A DNA stretch of 64,000 nt from Lingula anatina (lineage: Eukaryota > Animalia > Brachiopoda): assembly GCA_051362555.1 (NCBI GenBank), contig CM120644.1, forward strand, positions 22,280,534 through 22,344,533, read 5' to 3'. Positions 41,636-53,477 of this stretch are shown here, one piece after another. A program made the translations under genes and the position numbers. How positions within the stretch are numbered: the stretch's first letter is position 1; each line of letters opens with the position of its first letter. Under the pieces are notes generated by a model. That model was given only the letters and a program-made list of their open reading frames with translations. It did no database searches and had not been told where the DNA came from.

Positions 41636-44600
41636 CATCAACCTACCATTTCATCTTCCATTATTATCACCAGCAGTTTATGGCACAGTTCTTCACAGCA
41701 GACGTTGGCCTCAGCGTTTGTGACCAGTGCTGATAACCTGGCAAATCTCCTGTAGAGGTCCTCCCAACTTTTTAACAAGGTCTTCATGGTCGGCTGGAAG
41801 GAAACCGGGCGAAACTTCAGAGTTTTTAGGTGCACAGATCTCCACCAAGCAAAACAATAATAAATAATACTTTTAAAAATAGTAGAACTTATAATTATTG
41901 CATATCCTTAAAATTTCCTAAAATTTGTGAAGAATGTTTTGATTCATCTTGTCCTTTTTAAACAGACACAGACAAAGCAAAGAAAAAACATTACCTCTGT
42001 TATTAGCAGCCCTGGATAATTAGGCAATAACTGATCAAAAAGCTTCAAGACTGATCACGATATTCTAACATTCCTAATGGCAGAGAAGAATTCAGAGTAG
42101 ACCCACTGTACAGGGTAGACTGTAAAATTTGACCTCTCCCTTCTCCCCCACCCCCTCTCTTCCTCTTACCTGTGGGAGTTCCTTATTAAACAGGTGTATC
42201 ACAGGTAGAGTGAAGACAGAATATCTTACCTGTGGGAGTTCTTTATTAAACAGGTGTATCACAGGTAGAGTGAAGACAGAATATCTTACCTGTGGCAGTT
42301 CCTTATTAAACAGGTGTATCACAGGTAGAGTGAAGACAGAATATCTTACCTGTGGGAGTTCTTTATTAAACAGGTGTATCACAGGTAGAGTGAAGACAGA
42401 ATATCTTACCTGTGGGAGTTCTTTATTAAACAGGTGTATCACAGGTAGAGTGAAGACAGAATATCTTACCTGTGGGAGTTCTTTATTAAACAGGTGTATC
42501 ACAGGTAGAGTGAAGACAGAATATCTTACCTGTGGGAGTTCTTTATTAAACAGGTGTATCACAGGAAGAGTGAAGACAGAATATCTTACCTGTGGCAGTT
42601 CCTTATTAAACAGGTGTATCACAGGTAGAGTGAAGACAGAATATCTTACCTGTGGCAGTTCTTTATTAAACAGGTGTATCACAGGTAGAGTGAAGACAGA
42701 ATATCTTACCTGTGGCAGTTCCTTATTAAAAAGGTGTATCACAGGTAGAGTGAAGACAGAATATCTTACCTGTGGCAGTTCTTTATTAAACAGGTGTATC
42801 ACAGGTAGAGTCAGGGCTGAGTACATACAGCTGAAGTCATGTTCCAATGCGTCGCCCTGGTTCACCTCATTGGTCTGCAACGAAAATATGTCAACTTCTA
42901 GTTTTAACAACTTCTTTGCAGTAACAATGCTGCGTATATGGCCCAGCTGTAAAGGTTTACACAGCCATTAGATCTATAGAATTTTTTTTTTTTGACATGG
43001 AAGCAACTTGACAGATTCCTTACCATATTTCTTTGAAAGTCTATAAAAGAAAAGACAACTTTCAAAAATTTACTCCCAATTTTTCTTTTTTTTTAAATCT
43101 TTTATTCCATTATGTTGTAATTTTCTAACTCAAAAATCTTTGACCTTGACCTACATGACCTTGACCCGACCTATTTCCTTCACAAACCTGTTGTATGTGA
43201 TCCATGAGAGGGTGTACCACTGCACTCCACAGCCTCCACACTGTCTCAGGATTACTGATCTCATTGGCTGCTTTTTCCACCAATCCCAGCACTGTCTGAC
43301 AAAAGCCCAGGACTGCCGTGGTATTTGACATTCCTGCCTCCAGGAGAGAATGAGCAATCGTCATGAAACGCTCCTCTTGGGAAAAGACGGCAACTTGGTC
43401 AGGGGTGAATAAAATCTCGAGAAGGAAGCCGGCTGGAGTGCCCTAAAATATAGTACCATGTATCATCAGAGTGTGTACATTACTTATCATACAATTAAAC
43501 AATTAAAGCTCTCATCAGAAAAAAATAATTACATGCTGTTTTTAAGCCCATTTTCTTCATTTACATCCTTAATGCTGGCAGCAGTACTTCGCCTGTCCTC
43601 ACACTAGGAAAAACTATGACATAGCCTGCTGTGATACTACTTCAAGCTGTTAAAACTTGCGATAGTAAAGATGAGGGGAAGAAATAGAGCAAGGAATGGA
43701 TTAATGTGGCAAATGTGGGATGTATCCTCCAAAATCAAGTTAGCTTTACTAAAACTGGGTTTTACTGGTACAACTTTCAACAATTAATGGCCTTCCATGT
43801 TCAATAAATTACAGCTGTACAATTGTCCTATAAACACAAAGAGACCAAAAAAAAAAAAAAAACAAGAAAATCTTGTCTACACAATACACCAGTTGTGAAG
43901 TAACACCTCTGATTCAAAGTGCTGACACCTATTAATATGTTTTTAAATTTTACCTGCATGTCTATGGCATCCCCAACATTATAGGCATGTGAACCTAGCA
44001 CCTTGGACTGAAGACTTATCACAGCTTGGAAACATTTCTTTAAAGTAAAGAAACAAAACAACATGATTTTAATGTGACCAAGAAGAACCCTTCCCATTAT
44101 GTTAGAGCAAAGCCAAATCTACATATCAATTTCAATAACTAAAACTTGAGACAGGTCCAAAAGTATTTCTTATGCTCTAATTGACTAAAAAAAGACTTCA
44201 ATATAGATTAAAGACCTATGTATTTATTACATTTTTAAACTTTTAGACTTTATATTGAATGAATCCACAAGGTTTGTAAAGAAATTTCAACAAAACTGAT
44301 CAAATATTTTCCATCCTTTACAGTAATAGCCACTGACCAGCATGCTGTCCTTGTCCAGGCTTCCACTGATCACTATGTGTCTGAAACTGGACAAGAAGTG
44401 GACAAAGATGTCCGTGTTGTCCTTCTTACTAGTGGTGTCCAGCATCATGTTAACATGGCTGACCAGTGACTGCCAGATCTGGTGCAACAGAGAGTCTGCA
44501 ACACAGATATAGGATGTGATGCTTCACATTTCAAGGTGCAAATACTGATACTCATGAAAACATTTGTGAAAGCTCATTTCACTAGTTTATGGGTTGAAAT

Positions 44601-47600
44601 GTGAGTTTTTAATTTGTTGTACCTGGGTGATTAACAAAAAGAGTTGAAATTTCCAGTTAAGATACTTTTAAGTTTTTTACAACATAAAGGTGTAATGGGC
44701 ATTGCATAAGTACTTGGTACCACTGTACTGTTTAATGATTTGATATAGTCAGAAAAAGAATTTCACCAGCTGTACATATGCTATGCACTAAGATGAGAGT
44801 AATTAACTTCAATATTTTGATGTTTTTTATGCATAACTTCATTCAATTTATTTTAAAAATTGAAATGAAATGTAGCACCACCAAATGAAGAGTTATCCAT
44901 TTGTGAAAAGTGAAAATCACCTTGAATCTTATTTCCTACTTCAATTATACAATCCCTGACAGCAGATATAAGAACAACGCCATGTTTGACAAAGGATGAT
45001 GGTCCTGGAATGACGTCCACTGATAACGGAGCTAAAAAGAGGAATATGTAGAATATATATAACATATAATATATATATATATATATATTGCTCTTCTTTA
45101 AATCCAATGCATTGAAATAAAGCTGGACATGTTACTGAATATGCTTGATACGAGAGAGACAAAATCAAGACTCAAAGATTGTGAACAAGAAAAAATTTCA
45201 AATACATGCACCACATACTCCACTTTATCCAACACTAACTATGAGAATACCAGTTGAATGTATTAAGATAATTAGCAAGCCATCTCATCATTTTTCTGCC
45301 CCCCCCTCCCCCCTCCCAAGAAGTAACCTGAACTCACTGAGGTGATAGTGGACACTGGCCAGTGAGCTGTCCTGTCCAGTTCTGTCCATCAACAGAGCCA
45401 AGACTTCAGCCCCAGTCATCTGTAAACTTTCAAAGACTGGACTGGTCCCACCACTGCCCTGGAGGCTTAACTTGGGAGTGACTGGACTGCTTAAACCTTG
45501 AGAATAATAATAATAATAATAATAATAAATGTATTATATGATGGGTAAATCTTACAAAAAATCTCAAAATGCCTTTACACTTTTCCTAATTTTTAGGACA
45601 TTAAATAATTTTAAACAATCATTTAGAAATAATACTCTGTATATGAAATCTAAAATCCAAAGATTGTAACCCCCCCAAAAAAAACAAAATTTCAAAATGG
45701 TTTTAAAAAGAGTGTAAACTTGTAGTGAAAACGAAGAAACAAATATATGTGTATTCAGTCTGGCATCAGCAGCTACCCACCTATTCTGCTCTGTACCCCT
45801 GGGGAAGCCATTGTCCCTGGGAACCAACCCCCTCTACTGCTGGGGGTACCAGGGACACCACCCCTGGGGATTTCACCACCCCCTGGGAAACAGAAGTGCA
45901 GCAGAGGGACACACACCTAGAACCACAGACAATGTTATAAATATGCTGACAGAAGAGAACCACAGGTGTACAAGTTCTGCTTCACCATGCTTTCATCTTT
46001 ATAAAACTAGGTGGCAACCCAGTCAACACAGTTTTTAATATGTGAGATGTACAAAAGCTGAGATTATGTTGACAAAGTGGTGATAATTTCAAGCAAACAG
46101 GCCACAAGATTCTCCTTTGTTACACTCTATGCCTATTTTTTTTTCTTAAATATTATTTGCAAATAAACAAGGCAAATCCATGTCCAGACATATTTCTGAA
46201 ATTAAAGAAAAGAAAAGAAAAACTCCACTGACACAGGAGAAGAATATTAAAACTCAACACTGCTGTAACAATCACCTTATTAAAATCATATCTCTAAGAG
46301 AAACTTACCTGGTCAAAATGGGCCGTAGCTTTACTCCCCAGTTTACAGATAAAATTCCACCAGCTCTGTAGTTTGACTGCTGCCAGGGCCTCCGTCTTGG
46401 CGTTGTTCACTCTGAATACCTGCATCACCAGCTTGATTCTCTTTGGGTCCCCTATGATGTCTGGAAATTAATGAGGTATTAATTTTTTTATACAATTTTT
46501 TCTTTTCTTTTTTGCAAATATATTGAAGATGATAAATGCATTTTGTGATTTTTTTTGTATAAAAAATAATTATGAATACTCATCTGTATTTCTTTACAAC
46601 CATTTCTTACGTTTTCTAGTTGTTTCAAATGTGTAGAATTATTTAATTATATTTCAATTCTTATGTACTTTTCAATCTTCTAGTTTTATACTAAATCTGT
46701 CATAAATTCTATGGCACAATAACTGTATTAGGCTAATCACACTTATTGTCCATCTTAAATCTTGCACGCACATACACATGCATGCAAACATGCACGCACA
46801 CACAAACTTACTAGGATCTGAAGCGAAGTTCTCCACCAAGTGTTCCCAGGCGTGAAAGGCGGCCATCTTGGCCTCTGTTGACGAAGACTTGAACCCTGCC
46901 TCTATTACTGGTAACATCAGGTTAATGAAGGAACCATGGTGAAGAACCTGGATGAGGGAGACATGGGGACTAACATGTACTGATATAAGGTTGTCTGGGA
47001 CTTATTTTACTTGGGCATTTAGAACCTAAAATTGAATACTGCACTGCGTGAGAGAATGGGGCAGAAATATGTTTTTTGTCAGGTGTTCCAAATTTGTGAG
47101 TAATACTATTTATTTGTCATTTTGTACCATTTTTTTTTTCATTTTTATTTCTATAATAACCATTATAACATGATATCACAAAGCATGTTACCCACCTTGC
47201 CAAGTAGCTGGACAAAATATGACCAGACCTTGAGGATGAAAACTTCATTCCTGGATGCCATCAGCTTTCTCATCTCAGGGACAATATGCTGAAAGAAAGA
47301 ATGAATGCATAAATTGCTTCATTAAATACACCCATCAAATTGAAAAATCCAACCTTTTTATGGAAAATTCAAAAGCTACACAACACTAATTTGTATGTTA
47401 ACTGCCTAATATTTACCATAATTCTAGAATGATAATTATTTTAACCACTTTCTTTTAGGTAAACAACAGACCATGGGTCTGGAAAAGAGTTTGGTGTCTT
47501 CCACCTCATAAATTTGGAAAATAGCTAGTAACAAATTATATGAGAATATATATCCATATTTCAATTTATAGCAATAGATTATACATACTACTCTGTATTA

Positions 47601-50600
47601 AGTGTTGGTGTTTTTCTGCATTTAGTGTTTTGAGGGCACGGTCTCATTTTAAAATAATGGACACAATTTTTAAAATTATTATTACCATTCTTACAAACTC
47701 CCATCTCCCCAAAGATCTCATTTTTCTTCAAAATATGGCTTCACATAACATCTGACACATTTTTTACCAACATGTATTAAACTACTGTCACAGAGAAGTC
47801 TAGTGACAATAAGATTTTATGAATGTTTAAAAGTTTAAAAACTCACAGCCTTCAAGTCTGGGATCAGTGTCTTCAAGATGGCTTCCTGATGCTGCATCAT
47901 ATACGAGAAGCCCATCTCCATGGCAACTAAGGCACGCTCGCGCACTTTCATGGCAGGATGTACGAGCAGGGGATACACGAGACAACACCAGCGCACCACG
48001 TGCTTTGACATGTGCATGGGAACTTGTTCTAACAGCCTGGAATGTTATGTGCATTATGTAGGCATTGAATGATCCAGAAAAGCTATCGTAGGTTGTCCAT
48101 TTCTATTTTATATTATCTTGACATCCCAAGGTACTGATAAAAACACAATTACATTCAACTTTTAAGACAATCAAAATGTTATTTGGAAATAAAATATCAA
48201 ATATTAAACCCATCATTCTCTAAACATAAGAATTTTTCAAATCTGTAAAACGTGTCCTCGGAAAGATATTAGGGTAATAGAGATACAAATTGCCAAACCT
48301 ATAATAAACATATATCTCAGACATGAGCTTGGGTTAAATAATTCTGATTATCTCTGGACTGAACACATATAAGGGGCCATCTTGGGTCACATCAGCTTTG
48401 AATTAACAATACTGGAATTCCACAATTACAACAAAACAGCTTCTGCCGGCTACCTGGTCTTACCTCACAATGGCATTAATTGCCTCGTGTTCCACTGTGA
48501 CAGACTGAAAGTCCTGTCCACCAAGAGCATGCTCCAGACCACACAGGACAGTGTGAATCTGAAAGTAACAATTAACTTTATCTTAACACAAAGATGACCA
48601 CACAGGGCAGTGTGAATCTGAAAGTAGATAATATTTTGTATCTTAAAACATCCTGAAAATGCACGAGGCACCAAGATATTTTTGATGACATATCAAAACT
48701 TCTGGCAAATTATGGTAGACTTTCAGCAGAGCTATGTTTGTAGGTGGGATCTTTTTAAATGTTGACATTGACCGTTCCCTCCATTAGTTTCTTACATGTT
48801 AAGGGCTCCCCTTCTATCCCACACTATCTTTAGGAAAATCTTGTAATTAACAAGCACTATAGTACACAAAATCTTCATCAAAAAGATAATTATAAGTAAA
48901 AATTTGTAACCCATATGGTGTCAGTATCTTTGTTTGTTTGTTTGTTTGTTTGTGCACAAGTCATCTAAAACAGTTCTTCACCATATTGGATACAATTTTC
49001 AGAATATAGAGTTATTTAGAAGGGAAAGAAGTGAACACCATTTCAACCTTCAACTTATATATCAACAAGGCAGCAAAGCTGTCAAATGTACAGACAAAGA
49101 ACAGAAAATAAAGATGCAAATAAGTGAAAAATTAAATTTTCACAAAAAACTGTTAAATTGCCAGAAAAATTTACCAAACAGACTGCGTTGCCTATTGAAG
49201 CTGTTTTTTAGTCCCATGTTTCTTTCCTTTAAGTTTGAGAACAGTAAGTGACATGATTTCCCTTAAATGGTCATCATAGGAGCAGTGCCCAAAATAGGGG
49301 TTTCTTCAAATTTTGATACAACATTAAATAATGTTTAACAGCATAATGACAATCAAATGTTATTAATAAAATATTAGTAACATGGACATTCAGAAAATGT
49401 GACAAGCAAAAGTTTTCAAGATCATGGAACTTTAAAGTCACACCTTGAAAATGCCAATATGAGAGAAATTAAATTTTCACAACAAAACTGTTTAACTGCC
49501 AAAAAAAAAAAAATACCAAACAGACTGCATTGCCTACTGAAGCTGTATTTTAGTCCCATGTTTCTTTCCTGTAAGTTTGAGAACAGTAAGTAACATGATT
49601 TTCCTTAAATGGTCAAAATAGGGGTTTCTTCAAATTTTGATACAACATTAAATAATGTTTAACAGCATTATGACAATCAATGTTATTAATAAAATATTAG
49701 TAACATGGACATTCAGAAAATGTGACAAGCAAAAGTTTTCAAGATCATGGAACTTAAAAGTCACACCTTGAAAATGCCAATATGTGAAAAATTAAATTTT
49801 CACAAAAAAACTGTTTAACTGCCAAAAAAAAATACCAAACAGACTGCATTGCCTACTGAAGCTGTATTTTAGTCCCATGTTTCTTTCCTGTAAGTTTGAG
49901 AACAGTAAGTAACATGATTTTCCTTAAATGGTCATCATGGAAGCAGTGCCCAAAATAGGGGTTTCTTCAAATTTTGATGCAATATTACATAATGTTTAAC
50001 AGCTTAATGACCATCAATTTTTAATTATAAAATATTTGTATCACAGATATTCAGAAAATGTGACTAGCAAAGGTCTTCAGGCCCATGGAACTTCAAAGTC
50101 ACGCCTTGAAAATGCCAAAATGTAAACAAGACAGCACTGTTCTGAAATGGGTTTATTTCCATTTTTAACACTTTTTTAACATAAAACAAAATAAACATTT
50201 TACTGCCATTTTTATATGACCAACTAAAAAAATTGATGAGATGGGAAAAGTATCAATAGAACAGTGTTAAATGTCCAATTTCCTCCATTCTGAGATTCTG
50301 AACATAGTGGATGATTGAATCTGACAAACTGCAATGATATGAGTTTATTTCCATTTTTGACACTTTATTACACAATACATGATAACAAGTTTACCATGTT
50401 TTTTACATAATCAACTAACAATGTTGTAAAGATGCAGGAAATATCAAACAAACACTTTTAGGCATCTTATTAGTTAAATAATGAGACTGTTAACATGCTT
50501 AAGAATTGAATCTGAGGAAATGTGAAAAAAACAGTATAACTTCTAAAATAATGGCCCGATTATGCTGATTTTCGAACTCAACCTGCGTTTTAGTAAGATT

Positions 50601-52358
50601 GAACACTCCTGTGAGTATAATTACAATTGGCCAATCCGTTTTTCTTATATTGTGTTATCAGTGTTGCATTTATATTGAAACTAGTGAAAAAACAGCATAA
50701 ATTCCCTCAAAATAGCCCAATCATGCTGATTTTCGAACTTGACCTGCGTATTATGAATATTCATCAGTTCTGTAAGTTTCAAGTCAAAAGGTAAAATGGT
50801 TTTCCACTTATCGTGTTATCGGTGCTGCATATATGCTGAAAAAAGTGAAAAAACAGCATAAATTACCTAAAAGTGACCCGATCATGCTGATTTTCGAACT
50901 TGACCTGCGTATTATGAATATTCATCAGTTCTGTAAGTTTCAAGTCAAAAGGTAAAATGGTTTTCCACTTATCGTGTTATCGGTGCTGCATATATGCTGA
51001 AAAAAGTGAAAAAACAGCATAAATTCCCTAAAAGTGACCCGATCATGCTGATTTTCGAACTTGACCTGCGTATTATGAATATTCATCAGTTCTGTAAGTT
51101 TCAAGTCAAAAGGTAAAATGGTTTTCCACTTATTGTGTTATCGGTGCTGCATATATGCTGAAAAAAGTGAAAAAACAGCATAAATTCCCTATAAGTGACC
51201 CGATCATGCTGATTTTCGAACTTGACCTGCGTATTATGAATATTCATCAGTTCTGTAAGTTTCAAGCCAAAAGAAAAAACAGTTTTGCACTTATCGTGTT
51301 ATCGGTAAAAGTGCACGGCGACGACGGCAACGACGGCGACGACGGCGACGGCGACGACAGACGCAGATGATGGCTATATGTACAGACACATCTGTGTCTG
51401 TACATAAAAAGAATTATATTCCCATAACTTTCCCCTCACCTCCTCAGCCACGACTTCCTGATGAAAGTTTTGTTTGGATAAACACCACAGCGCTCTTGTA
51501 CAGGTGCTTTTATCTGCAGACTTTAACAGCACGGCGCACAGGTTCTTCAAGATAACGGAGCACTCCTGCTGAGAGAGGGAACTGAAATGACACAGTAAAA
51601 CTTAAGGTTGAAGATGTTTTTGAGGTTTTCAAGTTAACTGGTATTGCATTTTGTTATGTTATGTTATGCTGTTACAGTGATATTACTGGTTGTACGTTAC
51701 AGAAAAAATCTGGAAAACAGATCTGGATGTTATTTTTATTGTGCAAGATGAAGATAACAAAAAACATTGAGAGAAGAGATGTAACAATGAGGAAAATAAC
51801 AAAAGGTATTGAGAGAAAAGAAGTGAAACACAAAATAAACCTTTTATAGGAGTATTTGGTAACCATTCAGATAGTTCTCCTACAATGAAATCGAAATTCT
51901 ATTACTACAACTTACCCGACAATGACGTCATCATGTGAACAGAAGCCGAGCACCTGAAGTGCATTCTGGGATATCTCAATGTTACCATCCATAATGTCCC
52001 TGGACAGACACTTGGCCATCTCCGCCACATGAGATGAGATCTCCTTCACAAACATGCCCATCTCATCTTGTCGCAGACGCCTGAAGTGTGAAACAACTTA
52101 TCATCACAATGACAGTACATGGAGTTTTTTTCACAACGCAAGTTCTCAAAATTTTACCTATGCTACAGAAGCAAGTCAAGTGACATTTGTGCACAGGATT
52201 TTAATAATTATTAACATATTTATCTTTAAATGCAAAAATGCTTACTCCATGACGGTCAAGTAGGCATCCACTCTGTCCTCCTTGCTGGCCACTTTGCTGT
52301 TGATGGTGGACAGCAGTTGGTCCAAGCCTCCACCCTCGTCTAATATTGTCACCATCAT
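30186..52358 (-). CDS. RIF1: Telomere-associated / replication-timing protein RIF1, 31 coding exons
   Basis: Exons 52246-52358, 51916-52080, 51440-51581, 48464-48558, 47847-48036, 47196-47288, 46812-46947, 46309-46460, 45781-45916, 45328-45496, 44921-45031, 44338-44495, 43954-44037, 43188-43442, 42770-42874, 41647-41793, 40994-41093, 40455-40585, 39827-40018, 39444-39646, 38938-39043, 38425-38613, 38035-38114, 37370-37456, 33285-37008, 32839-33012, 32375-32443, 31973-32118, 31289-31536, 30831-30938, 30186-30559. Recognisable RIF1 blocks: DAYLT, ALQVLGFC, TRALWCLSKQ, TNEVNQGDALEH, FWNATF, LTEHQKE, SPSAGILKK...RRVSFAEP (PP1 SILK/RVxF), LPQLTSSMWSRGLGQLVRARNI, LPIQSPKV. Confidence 0.95.
33285..37008 (-). 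CDS. RIF1: RIF1 giant exon (3724 nt) encoding the intrinsically disordered region
   Basis: 1266-aa S/E/K-rich ORF bounded by cag (37009) and gtaag (33284), ending just after the GILK motif. Vertebrate RIF1 also encodes this region mostly in one large exon. Confidence 0.93.
38399..38438 (-). repeat. 20-bp two-copy duplication of an exon end plus donor
   Basis: acttacatcgtctctcatgt / acttacatcatctctcatgt; donors at 38424 and 38404. Confidence 0.85.
42164..42824 (-). repeat. 60-bp tandem array (11 copies) of a RIF1 exon end plus donor
   Basis: Exact 60-bp period; CAG|GTAAGA at 42769, 42709 ... 42169; reads (VRYSVFTLPVIHLFNKELPQ)n in the RIF1 frame. Confidence 0.97.
48537..48626 (-). repeat. 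Duplicated acceptor plus exon start (30-bp match, 59-bp period)
   Basis: gaccacacaggacagtgtgaatctgaaagta (48537) and gaccacacagggcagtgtgaatctgaaagta (48596). Confidence 0.85.
49120..51410 (-). mobile_element. Helentron/HINE-like element in a RIF1 intron with two internal arrays
   Basis: Terminal hairpin tatgtacagacac-atct-gtgtctgtacata next to an A-run (about 51377-51410), (cgg/cga)-type microsatellite 51316-51360, about 5 x 161-bp units (50515-51305; tgctgaa at 50834, 50995, 51156) and 3 x ~323-337-bp units (49120-50120). Distal boundary uncertain. Confidence 0.65.
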
Positions 52359-52938
52359 ACTGACCTGAAGTGGACACGACATATAGCACTGACCAATATT
52401 GTTCTATTGGGGAAGTTGCATGTTTAAAAAGAATTACAGTCTCAGCAACCCCACTCCATTTTCTCATTGTCAATTATAAACGCATCAAAACCCATACTTA
52501 AAAAGATTCTGCAGATATTATTGACTTTGAGAGTTGTGACAAATGCACAAGTAAGCACTTCTCACTCTTCTCTGCAGATGTCAATTCTGTACATCAAAAC
52601 AACTGTTACTGGTCTGGTTTCAATGGCTAATGTCACATACTATCTCATATATTCTTCGTTAATGCAACACACTTTCTATCATTTTGAGTATTTCGTCTAC
52701 TTCGGACTGGATTGGACAAAAACAATGGACGGGCATGTTACAACATGGCTTCGCTAGTCATGCTATGCAAAGTTGTAAGGCTTAAAACTCTTCATTTCAA
52801 CATTAAATTAATAGCGTCTTTTCTGGTTAGACAGCTTAAAGTATATAAAATAGCACTTGCTCTTACCTGTTAATTTGTACAGAGAGATTGTTTACAAAAT
52901 CATTTTGAGCTTGCAGCAAACACTGTACACACGCTGAA

Positions 52939-52987
52939 TTTCGCGGGAAAACGTCACATCCCGCGTAGCAGGATGCTCGCTGATTGG
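52939..52987. promoter_or_regulatory. E2F site and CCAAT box in the divergent RIF1 / Ubl-VWA promoter
   Basis: TTTCGCGGGAAA (52939-52950) reads as an E2F consensus on both strands; ATTGG at 52983-52987; just upstream of a probable non-coding RIF1 first exon (donor at 52866). Confidence 0.65.
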
Positions 52988-53477
52988 ATAAAATATCTAG
53001 GTCAGTTGTTTTGGTCAACAGATATAGGTCATCAAGGTGAACATGTTTTGCTGAATTATAAACATATGAAAAGCCCTGATAACGGAAAGGTATAGTATCG
53101 CAAAATAGAATTTTCTTGCTATGAGCTGTTAATGTGAAAAATCACGTGGCATTGCCATGCATTTTTGGGTGTGAAAGTTAGTAACCTTTACAGTAACATA
53201 AGGTTGGTAGGTAAGTAAATGAAAATAATTTTTGATAAGTTCAGTGTGCCTAAGCATCCAATTAAGCAAAATAAACATAATGCACTCAGTAGTAATAATA
53301 TGTGATATATTTTCAATGGCACTAAGACCTCTTGTTAACATTGCCGATAGGGGAGTCAGTGCATTTTAAGCCGTAGCCACCTATCGAATAAAATCCGAAC
53401 TACTGTGAAATCTAAAAATAGTAACTGGAGATTGCTTTCTGATTCGCTGTTAAAAATAGAATATCAACAGTGACAAC

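Noticed and set aside
42129-42971. 280-aa plus-strand repetitive ORF, or a CRISPR-like array
   Set aside because: It is the antisense reading of the 60-bp RIF1 junction array; units are contiguous with no unique spacers, there are no cas genes, and the context is eukaryotic.
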